Shown here one piece after another: positions 10,966-18,062 of a stretch of 64,000 bases of DNA (the stretch's first letter is position 1; the number at the start of each line of letters is the position of its first letter). This stretch comes from Bacteriovoracaceae bacterium (GTDB lineage: Bacteria > Bdellovibrionota > Bacteriovoracia > Bacteriovoracales > Bacteriovoracaceae), in the NCBI GenBank assembly GCA_048270185.1, contig JBLWTJ010000001.1:1696001-1760000 (forward strand), given 5' to 3'. The translations under genes were made by a program, and so were the position numbers. Under the pieces are notes generated by a model. It saw only the letters and a list, made by a program, of their open reading frames with translations. It was not told the origin of the DNA and did no database searches.

Positions 10966-12099
10966 ATGGATAACAATTCAAAGAGCGTCTACTTCACAAT
11001 TGATTTTCACCTAGTGGTGCGAAATAAAGCACTGCCTTATAATATCTATATCAACTCTTCGACCATTAAGGGAAAAGATCACTATGTGAAAATAGTGAGA
11101 CCAGGTGAAACCCTTGATGATGCAGCTGTTGAAGATTTTAAAAAGTATCAAAGAATTCATGTTCTTGAATCTGAGCGTGGTCTTTATCTTCAATCGCTAG
11201 CAGAAGATGAAAGCTTTGACTCTCTTGATAAAGTTACGGCCATTAAAGACTCGGCCGTTAAGCACCTTGATGATATTTTTAATCCTGGTAAAGAATTTAA
11301 TACTGAAATTCTTGGAGAGGCCCTTGATGGTTGTCACGATTCAATGAAAGCGATGGTTGGTGTTATCAAAGATTATGATATCAACAGTCTGAAGAAATTA
11401 ATCGGTGAACTTTCTTTTCATGATTTTTACACATACGACCACTCGATAAATGTAAGTATGTATAGTGTTTTAATTCTAAAACAATATCGTCCTAAAGCTT
11501 CTGAAGCTGATCTTGTTGCTATCGGTCTAGGTGGACTTCTCCATGACTTAGGAAAAACAAAAGTCTCAACTGAGATCTTAAATAAAACAGGAAATCTCTC
11601 TGATGAAGAATTTGCTGAAATTAAGAAGCATCCTGAGTATGGTGTTGAATTATTTCGCGAGGCCAATCCAGACTTTCCGGGTCTAAAGAAAGAGTCCATT
11701 GAAAAAGTAATTATTGAACACCATGAAAATGTTGATGGCTCAGGTTATCCAAACGGTTTAAAGGGAGCTGATCACCATATGTTTTCGAAGGTCGTCTCAG
11801 TTGCTGACTTCTTTGATGCAATCACGACAAAGCGTTCATACTCACAGGCACTGCCTATTGAGGATGCTTTAGAAATTATGAAGAAAACTGTTGGGAAAAA
11901 AATAGATGGTGAAATTTTTGATTTCTTTGTAAAGAAAGTTTCAAAAGTTATCCTAACAGGTAAGACAATGGTTACTCTGCCCGATGACTTCAATACTGAA
12001 ATCGCTCATGCAGAGCTCCCAATTCAAAAGGTTCAACCTAAGAAGCTTGGCGAGAACTTTACAAAGGCCGAAGAAAACCCAAATAAAATTACAAAGTAA
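10966..12099 (+). CDS. HD-GYP domain cyclic-dinucleotide phosphodiesterase
   Basis: YTYDHS, LHDLGK, HHENVDGSGYP, VADFFDAITTKRSY; start uncertain (10912/10942/10966). Confidence 0.9.
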   Translation: MDNNSKSVYFTIDFHLVVRNKALPYNIYINSSTIKGKDHYVKIVRPGETLDDAAVEDFKKYQRIHVLESERGLYLQSLAEDESFDSLDKVTAIKDSAVKHLDDIFNPGKEFNTEILGEALDGCHDSMKAMVGVIKDYDINSLKKLIGELSFHDFYTYDHSINVSMYSVLILKQYRPKASEADLVAIGLGGLLHDLGKTKVSTEILNKTGNLSDEEFAEIKKHPEYGVELFREANPDFPGLKKESIEKVIIEHHENVDGSGYPNGLKGADHHMFSKVVSVADFFDAITTKRSYSQALPIEDALEIMKKTVGKKIDGEIFDFFVKKVSKVILTGKTMVTLPDDFNTEIAHAELPIQKVQPKKLGENFTKAEENPNKITK

Positions 12100-12690
12100 T
12101 CACACTAAGTAGATTGGGTATAGAGACGAAATTAAAAGTAGTGCCATGACGATATTAAAGATTCGTAGGCGTCTTTCATTTTCTAAAAATCCTTTAAGCT
12201 TAAGACCTGCAAAAACCCAAACAGTAATTGATGGCAAGTTCATTAAACTAAATGCCATAAGAATTGCAAGTAAGCTTAGAGTGTGTTCACCTGAATAAAT
12301 TGTTACTGCCGAAATGGCCATCGTCCAAGCTTTTGGATTTATCCACTGAAAAACAGCAGCTTCGACAAATGACATTGGCTTCTTGGCCTCTTGGTCTTGA
12401 GAATTAAATGTACTAAAGCCAATCTTAAAGGCAAGAACAAGAAGGTAACTTCCACACATCATCTGTAAAACTTTTTGAAGATTTGGATAGATCTTAAATA
12501 GGTCACTTGCTCCAAAACCAATAATGGCAACCATCAAGATAAAGCCAACATAAACCCCAAGCATATGAGGAATGGTTTTCTTAAATCCGTGGTTTGCTCC
12601 TGAGGTCATAAGAAGAATATTATTCGGACCAGGAGTGATTGATGAAACAAGGGCAAATGCGAATAGGGCGTATAGTGTTGTCGTGCTCAT
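12100..12690 (-). CDS. LysE/RhtB family amino-acid exporter
   Basis: SITPGPNN, FQWINPKAW, hydrophobic helices. Confidence 0.92.
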   Translation of the reverse strand: MSTTTLYALFAFALVSSITPGPNNILLMTSGANHGFKKTIPHMLGVYVGFILMVAIIGFGASDLFKIYPNLQKVLQMMCGSYLLVLAFKIGFSTFNSQDQEAKKPMSFVEAAVFQWINPKAWTMAISAVTIYSGEHTLSLLAILMAFSLMNLPSITVWVFAGLKLKGFLENERRLRIFNIVMALLLISSLYPIYLV

Positions 12691-12762
12691 AGGAGCAGTC
12701 TACATGATTTTGAAAATAGTTTATTGCAAAGAGTCGTTATCTGATGTTATATTTTGCAATAT

Positions 12763-13215
12763 ATGACGAAGATAGACTCAATTGACGAAAGAATATTGCA
12801 AGAATTGGAAAATAACGGAAGAATCAGTAATTCTGATTTAGCTGAGATTGTAGGACTTTCTCCTTCCGCATGCTTAAGGCGCGTGCAAGAACTTGAGAGG
12901 TCGAAGGTTATCACTGGCTACCGTGCAAGAATCAATCGTGCCAAACTAGGAACAACCTTTACTGCTTATATGACAGTTGGCCTTTCAAATCACACGAAGA
13001 AATCACAAAAAGATTTCGAAGCGGCCGTTGCGGATTCTCCAGAAGTTGTTGAATGTCACAACGTGACTGGTAGTTTTGAGTATATCCTGCGAATTGAGAC
13101 AACAGATCTAGCTTCGTATAAAATTTTTCACACAGAAGTTCTAGGTATTTTGCCACAAGTAAACTCCATCTCAACTTACGTTGTTATGGAATCTTCTAAA
13201 GACAAGCGTAAATAG
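12763..13215 (+). CDS. Lrp/AsnC family transcriptional regulator
   Basis: D.IDERIL.ELE.NGR.SN..LAE.VGLSPSACLRRV; divergent from the LysE gene. Confidence 0.95.
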   Translation: MTKIDSIDERILQELENNGRISNSDLAEIVGLSPSACLRRVQELERSKVITGYRARINRAKLGTTFTAYMTVGLSNHTKKSQKDFEAAVADSPEVVECHNVTGSFEYILRIETTDLASYKIFHTEVLGILPQVNSISTYVVMESSKDKRK

Positions 13216-13217
13216 GA

Positions 13218-13493
13218 TTACTTATAGAACTCAACGAAGAATTGAACCTCACCTAAAGGCTTTACGTGGTGTAAGACCTCTGGTTCAACAACACCGAATT
13301 TCTTCTCATTTAATTCAATCTCTTCTTGAACGCCCTCTTCAATTTTATAAAGGAGATTCCCCTTTATAATATTAATAAGCCCCCAACTTCCTTTCTTAGT
13401 TTTATGATTTTTAAGCAGGCCATTAGGAATAGTATCCTGATTGAAAATAGGTGTTTTCTTATATGCAGTAACATTGTCTGGTAGAACCTTCAT
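13218..13493 (-). CDS. DUF1971 (YeaR/TehB N-terminal-like cupin) protein
   Basis: YKKTPIF...IP.GLL..H.TK.G.WG...HHV.P...FFVEFY. Confidence 0.85.
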   Translation of the reverse strand: MKVLPDNVTAYKKTPIFNQDTIPNGLLKNHKTKKGSWGLINIIKGNLLYKIEEGVQEEIELNEKKFGVVEPEVLHHVKPLGEVQFFVEFYK

Positions 13494-13622
13494 ATATCCT
13501 CTTGATAAGAAATTAACGACTCTAACAACCTAATATTAGATTGTGATCTTATGATATCAAACAGAAATTTGAATTAGTAGTTAATTTGAGTATATGATCC
13601 TTAAACCTTTAGGGAGGCAAGT

Positions 13623-14471
13623 ATGAAGATTATCTTATTAGTGGTAGCACTTTTACCAATCTTAGCATTTTCAAAAACAACAAATCTTTCACAGAGCAAT
13701 CGACCGTCTCATTATTTCAAAAGAGAAAAAGCGATTTTAAATGTTGGCCTTGCCTACTACGGTGACTACTGGAAAGAGAATGATCTAAAACGAATCACTC
13801 CCATGTTAAAAGAAAGATTTGCCTTAGCAACTAATGAAGTACTTACTCTTAATATCGTTGCTATCGATGTCCTAAGCTATAAAACAAAATTTGACCCTGT
13901 CTTAATGAAGAAGACTTATCCACAAATTAAAGATGAAGCGCGACTGCAACGTGTTTACTACTATGAAACTTTAAAAGGAAATATTCTTTCTGAAGTTTAT
14001 GATGAATTTAAAAAAGCAAAACTTGGAAACTCTTATAAAAGTCTCGATGCACTTCTTGTTGTAACAGGTGCTCAATTTGATGGTCTAGGACTGGCCAACG
14101 GCCGTGTCGCTGTCACAGAGCAGCCACGAGAAATTGCTTGGGGACTACCTGACGGTGGTCGCACAGAAATCGTCAGTGATGAATCAATCGTCGATGAACT
14201 AATCCACGAACTTGGCCATATCATCTTCTTAGGTCACACTTCAACTCAATGTATGAAGCCAGACCTGACTCTTGAAGAGCGCAATCAATGTTGTGAAGCT
14301 TCCCCATCAAAGAACGATGTTATGAGCTATTGTCGCAATCGCAATGACGTCAATCACGGTGTCATCTTCGGTTTTGAATCATGTAATCGCGAAATGATCA
14401 ACGAACTCATCATTCCTGCCATGCTTAAAGGCAAGCGCTGGAACGTCAGCGGACGCCAAACCTGCAAGTAA
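13623..14471 (+). CDS. Secreted zinc metalloprotease (metzincin-like)
   Basis: Signal peptide; HELGHIIFLGH; Met-turn-like DVMSY; GGGAGG RBS. Confidence 0.7.
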   Translation: MKIILLVVALLPILAFSKTTNLSQSNRPSHYFKREKAILNVGLAYYGDYWKENDLKRITPMLKERFALATNEVLTLNIVAIDVLSYKTKFDPVLMKKTYPQIKDEARLQRVYYYETLKGNILSEVYDEFKKAKLGNSYKSLDALLVVTGAQFDGLGLANGRVAVTEQPREIAWGLPDGGRTEIVSDESIVDELIHELGHIIFLGHTSTQCMKPDLTLEERNQCCEASPSKNDVMSYCRNRNDVNHGVIFGFESCNREMINELIIPAMLKGKRWNVSGRQTCK

Positions 14472-14476
14472 GCAAA

Positions 14477-14612
14477 TGAAGAGTTAGCGAAGCGATACTC
14501 TTCAGACAATCTTCGAATTGTGCACGATGGTCGCAGCCACATCCTGCGGCCAAAAAGCAACGCTTTTTGACGCTGAGATGCTTAATTCCAAGAAATAAAA
14601 AAATAAGCGTCA
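14477..14612. repeat. Cluster of GC-rich inverted repeats (REP-like element, structured RNA or terminator)
   Basis: Hairpins at 14477-14504, 14506-14521, 14528-14552 and 14551-14569, plus TGACGCT/AGCGTCA (14568/14606). Confidence 0.55.
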
Positions 14613-14665
14613 GCGCCATTTTTTTATGACAGTTTTTATACGTGAAGTAAATGTCAGCTTATTTT

Positions 14666-14689
14666 AAAAAGAATGGTCGGAGCGAGAGG
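14666..14689. repeat. att core, distal copy (displaced 3' end of tRNA-Pro)
   Basis: AAAAAGAATGGTCGGAGCGAGAGG, identical to 23562-23585. Confidence 0.95.
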
Positions 14690-14779
14690 TTTCTACTACA
14701 AAAGTCGAAACTTACTATCCAACTGACTGAATTAACATTAATAACAAATAGTTATAAAGGTTTCCTAAGTTTTGGTATT

Positions 14780-14829
14780 TCACTTTTATTCATTTTATCT
14801 CACTACTTTTCACTGTATTGGCTGGGATT
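14780..14829. promoter_or_regulatory. att-arm repeats: four 10-bp-phased TCA(C/T)T units followed by GGCTGGGATT
   Basis: TCACT/TCATT at 14780, 14790, 14800, 14810; GGCTGGGATT at 14820 recurs at 23487. Confidence 0.55.
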
Positions 14830-15827
14830 TAGAACTCCCTAGCCCTTGCTTTTATAAGTGCAGGTGTAAAATCATGCTCATCAGTGTATGCCAAAAGTTT
14901 TTTCTTACCGTTCTTCTCACCAATTAATAATCTCTTAGTACCAGCAATACCTAAGCCAAGATTCTCACGAGGCAAGACATAGCCTCTATATATATTAACA
15001 CCATGAGCCTGACTTACAGAGGACTCCGAATGCCAATCAATTTTAAACTTTTTATCAGTAGCACCTCTTAAAGTAGGAAACGAGAGGGCTAAAAAACCAC
15101 AATAAGAGATTTGTTTCAAATCATCACAATTGCATTTCCTAATATCGCTTAAAAATTGTGGTATTACTTCGAAATTTGAAATTTTTGAAATATCTGATTC
15201 GTTCATTCCCTCAAAAAATGATTGTACAAAAGCAGAATATTTCAAACTTTCAAGACTACAATTTGAATAATTCTTTAGATAATCAAAAATTTCATCTTCA
15301 TTTTCCTTTAAAAACTTTTCAAGTACTTCTTGCTTTGGGCCAGAAGGAACAAAATTTAGAATATCAAGTTCTTTGCTACAATACAGCTTATCGTCCCCAC
15401 AAGTTGAACAATCATTTTTCAATAATCTTCGGTCTTCTATATCTACGACTATTGGAGACTTTCTAGTATAAAGTATATTTTGCAAAGCTAAGCTAACTGT
15501 AGTCAATCCAGCAGAAGTAGTGTGGCCATCAGGGAAACTGCTAAAATGTTTTTCAAGCTCTTCCTCGGGGCATAAGCTACTTTTTTTCATTGGCTTAAAA
15601 AGAATATTTGATCCCATTTTATTTACTGAGCTAACAAACACCTTGCCCTTTGCGTCACTTTGCAATATTGGATAAATTGAATACGGAACTAATATAATTA
15701 TAAAATGCTTCAGTTGAGTTGCAAGACTTTCTAGTTTGAATAAAAAATCCACGACATCACTAATATTAGTACGATATAGAACTAAATCTCTCTCAATGAA
15801 TGGGGAAATAAAGACTTCAAAACGCAC
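14829..15827 (-). CDS. Hypothetical protein; putative effector of the upstream ATPase, C-terminus possibly RelE-like RNase
   Basis: 332-aa ORF starting 7 nt after the ATPase stop; C-terminal F.V.PQF..DI...WH...IYR.YV...RL......LL.Y..EH pattern. Confidence 0.6.
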   Translation of the reverse strand: MRFEVFISPFIERDLVLYRTNISDVVDFLFKLESLATQLKHFIIILVPYSIYPILQSDAKGKVFVSSVNKMGSNILFKPMKKSSLCPEEELEKHFSSFPDGHTTSAGLTTVSLALQNILYTRKSPIVVDIEDRRLLKNDCSTCGDDKLYCSKELDILNFVPSGPKQEVLEKFLKENEDEIFDYLKNYSNCSLESLKYSAFVQSFFEGMNESDISKISNFEVIPQFLSDIRKCNCDDLKQISYCGFLALSFPTLRGATDKKFKIDWHSESSVSQAHGVNIYRGYVLPRENLGLGIAGTKRLLIGEKNGKKKLLAYTDEHDFTPALIKARAREF

Positions 15828-15834
15828 AACTAGA

Positions 15835-17325
15835 TTACACTTCTCCAGCTTCTATTTTTTCAAGTCGAAGCTTTGTTAGGTCATCTATTAGCTTATCTCT
15901 TTCATCCATAAAACCATCAGGAGGATTAATTATATATCCCATGTTGTCGTGTTCAATTTTTCGAGCAACAGCTTTTCCATCAATTCTCTCAACCCATAGC
16001 ATTTTTACTTCTTCAAATAGTTGAGGATATTTCACATTAAAATATACTAATTTACTCAATAAGCTTTCACTGTGAGTTTCGATTAGTACAACTTTTCCAA
16101 GTAAAGACATCTGCCCAAAAAAGTCAGCTAACTTAGACTGTGCACTTGGATGAAGGTGGATTTCAGGTTCATCAACAATACAAGTTTCAGACCTGTCAGA
16201 ACTAAGTACTCTGAAAATCACCGGTAAGATTTGACTTAAACCGTATCCCATATTGTTAATAGAAAGCTCTTTACCATCTAAAACTAATATAATTTCAGAA
16301 GTCAAACCTGATGCTATTGATCTGATATCAATCGTTTTTGCAATTTTAAAGAAGTTAACCCAATAATTTAAACTTTCCTCAAGTGTTTGCTGTACGATTT
16401 CATTTTTAGAAAAATCAAAATAACTATCTATTTTGTTATTTTTCTTCCTAATATAATCTTCTAGTGGATTATTAAATCCACCATCTGAATAGATACGATG
16501 AGGCTCGCCTCTAAATGGAGGAATGACAATGATTTTGTCTACTTCTATCTCAGGGATAAAATCAACATCAATACTATTATGAAGCTGAACATAGTCTCCA
16601 AATTTAGGCTCATTAATCTTTCTTAGATTATTAGCGACTACCCCTTTTTTAGTAAAAGCTTTTTTATATTCTTCACTTAAGCAGTCCTCAAGACTTTCTA
16701 TATTTAAATCAAAACTAAGAAGCATAAAATTTTTGAATTTTACATTTCTAACGTCCGAAAACTCAACAACACTACTGAATACACCGCTTGGCCTTACATT
16801 TTTTCCAGCTTTTGCTAATAAGTTAGTGATCATGTAATCAATAAACCTTCCCTCTGAGTAATCAGCAAAATGTACAAACTTTTCTGCTTTTATCTTCCAC
16901 TCACCTGTTGCAGTATTCATTTCTGCTTCAATTGAATGTTCTGGGCTTGCTCTATAAAACATCCTCTTCAGTAAAATATATTCAAAAGTATCTTTACCGT
17001 AATCTTCTCTATGTAGGAAAAATGTTAGCTCTGCATAACCTTGGTCAGATTCAAAAGATAAAAATACTTCCTCATCAGCTATATTGTTTAAAAGTTCCGA
17101 AGGCTTACCTATTTCTAAGTAAGGCCCATTCACTTTTAACATCGGGACTTCTGAGCCTAAATAGTTTTTAGTTTCATTATATGACTGAAGAATTATGAGT
17201 ATTGCTTGATATACAGAGCTCTTACCTGAACTGTTAACCCCTGACAGTAGAGTTAGCTTACTCAATTCTATATATTCAATATCTCCGAAAGACTTAAAGT
17301 TTTTTATTCCTATTTTTCTTAACAT
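15835..17325 (-). CDS. ABC-type ATPase (AAA_15/AAA_21-like) with C-terminal DUF3696-like tail; defence-associated family
   Basis: IKNFKSF, GVNSSGKS, NNMGYGLSQ, IVDEPEIHLHP, IETHSE, C-terminal G.I.NPPDGFMDE. Confidence 0.88.
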   Translation of the reverse strand: MLRKIGIKNFKSFGDIEYIELSKLTLLSGVNSSGKSSVYQAILIILQSYNETKNYLGSEVPMLKVNGPYLEIGKPSELLNNIADEEVFLSFESDQGYAELTFFLHREDYGKDTFEYILLKRMFYRASPEHSIEAEMNTATGEWKIKAEKFVHFADYSEGRFIDYMITNLLAKAGKNVRPSGVFSSVVEFSDVRNVKFKNFMLLSFDLNIESLEDCLSEEYKKAFTKKGVVANNLRKINEPKFGDYVQLHNSIDVDFIPEIEVDKIIVIPPFRGEPHRIYSDGGFNNPLEDYIRKKNNKIDSYFDFSKNEIVQQTLEESLNYWVNFFKIAKTIDIRSIASGLTSEIILVLDGKELSINNMGYGLSQILPVIFRVLSSDRSETCIVDEPEIHLHPSAQSKLADFFGQMSLLGKVVLIETHSESLLSKLVYFNVKYPQLFEEVKMLWVERIDGKAVARKIEHDNMGYIINPPDGFMDERDKLIDDLTKLRLEKIEAGEV

Positions 17326-17340
17326 TACATGTAGCCCAAT

Positions 17341-17369
17341 AAAAAAAGCCCTTTATGATAAAGGGCTTT
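17341..17369 (-). terminator. Intrinsic terminator or palindromic operator between the acidic peptide gene and the ATPase
   Basis: 12-bp perfect inverted repeat AAAGCCCTTTAT-g-ATAAAGGGCTTT ending in T7 on the minus strand. Confidence 0.8.
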
Positions 17370-17406
17370 ATATAATTCTTAATAATTTAGCTTAAATAGT
17401 TTATAG

Positions 17407-17523
17407 TTATTCGTCCACTTCGAGATCAGAAAATTCAGTTTCAGAGAATTCAAGATTTAGCTCACTTAAATCAAAATCAATCTCCATGATGTCAATTTGA
17501 TCGTAAATAGAGTTCACATTCAT
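17407..17523 (-). CDS. 38-aa highly acidic peptide absent from the ORF track (MNVNSIYDQIDIMEIDFDLSELNLEFSETEFSDLEVDE)
   Basis: Translated by hand; GGAGG 5 nt before the ATG; promoter upstream and terminator downstream; 13 D/E and no K/R/H. Confidence 0.75.
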   Translation of the reverse strand: MNVNSIYDQIDIMEIDFDLSELNLEFSETEFSDLEVDE

Positions 17524-17559
17524 ATATTCCTCCAAGAATTATTATATTAACCAATTATC

Positions 17560-17586
17560 TTATCGACATATTGGTAAAAACTTTTA
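17560..17586 (-). promoter_or_regulatory. Sigma28 (FliA)-type promoter
   Basis: TAAA-N15-GTCGATAA, one mismatch to TAAA-N15-GCCGATAA, 36 nt upstream of the peptide ATG. Confidence 0.7.
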
Positions 17587-17747
17587 GCCATAAATATACA
17601 CTTTGTAAATATATCTACGCTATACTTATTATAAATTTTACACCATTATATTCGAATTTCGAAGAAAAACAACTTTGCCTAGAGAAATCTTTATTTAATA
17701 AAACTTAATCACTGTTTTAACTATAAGCATAAGTTATTGATATTTAA

Positions 17748-17975
17748 CTAATCTCGAGTAAATAAGTCAGTAACCTCTACATCAAAGGCTACTGCTAGCC
17801 TATAAACAGACGAGAGGGAAGGACTATGGCCACCACTCTCTATTTTCTGATAATGCCTATAATTAAAGCCATACTGCACCATGTCCTCTTGTGTAAGACC
17901 TCTCGCCCTTCTAAGTTTCTTAATCTTAGAAGCTAATTTATAGATAAATTCTTCATAATTCTCACATGATGCCAT
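17748..17975 (-). CDS. XRE/Cro-C1 family HTH regulator (controller-protein size)
   Basis: IKKLRRARGLTQEDM...YQKIESG..SPSL...RLA.AFDV. Confidence 0.9.
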   Translation of the reverse strand: MASCENYEEFIYKLASKIKKLRRARGLTQEDMVQYGFNYRHYQKIESGGHSPSLSSVYRLAVAFDVEVTDLFTRD

Positions 17976-18008
17976 TCAAATATTATTGAATTCACGTACA
18001 AATTACAC

Positions 18009-18042
18009 CACGTACTATATAGTTCGTGTTCAGTGTTATAAT
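18009..18042 (+). promoter_or_regulatory. Palindromic operator plus extended -10 promoter of the nuclease gene
   Basis: CACGTACTATATAGTTCGTG (18009-18028, one mismatched pair); extra CACGTAC at 17993; TGTTATAAT at 18034-18042. Confidence 0.65.
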
Positions 18043-18062
18043 CACCTTAAGAGGTGAAATTT

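Noticed and set aside
14674..14689. Second tRNA gene
   Set aside because: Only the last 16 nt of tRNA-Pro are present; it is the att duplication
14651..14842. 63-aa ORF across the att site
   Set aside because: Spans the recombination junction and arm repeats; no RBS
14829..17700. Retron, Septu, Gabija or PARIS assignment
   Set aside because: No reverse transcriptase, HNH, UvrD or TOPRIM motifs recognisable; no DUF262 gene for a full Menshen system
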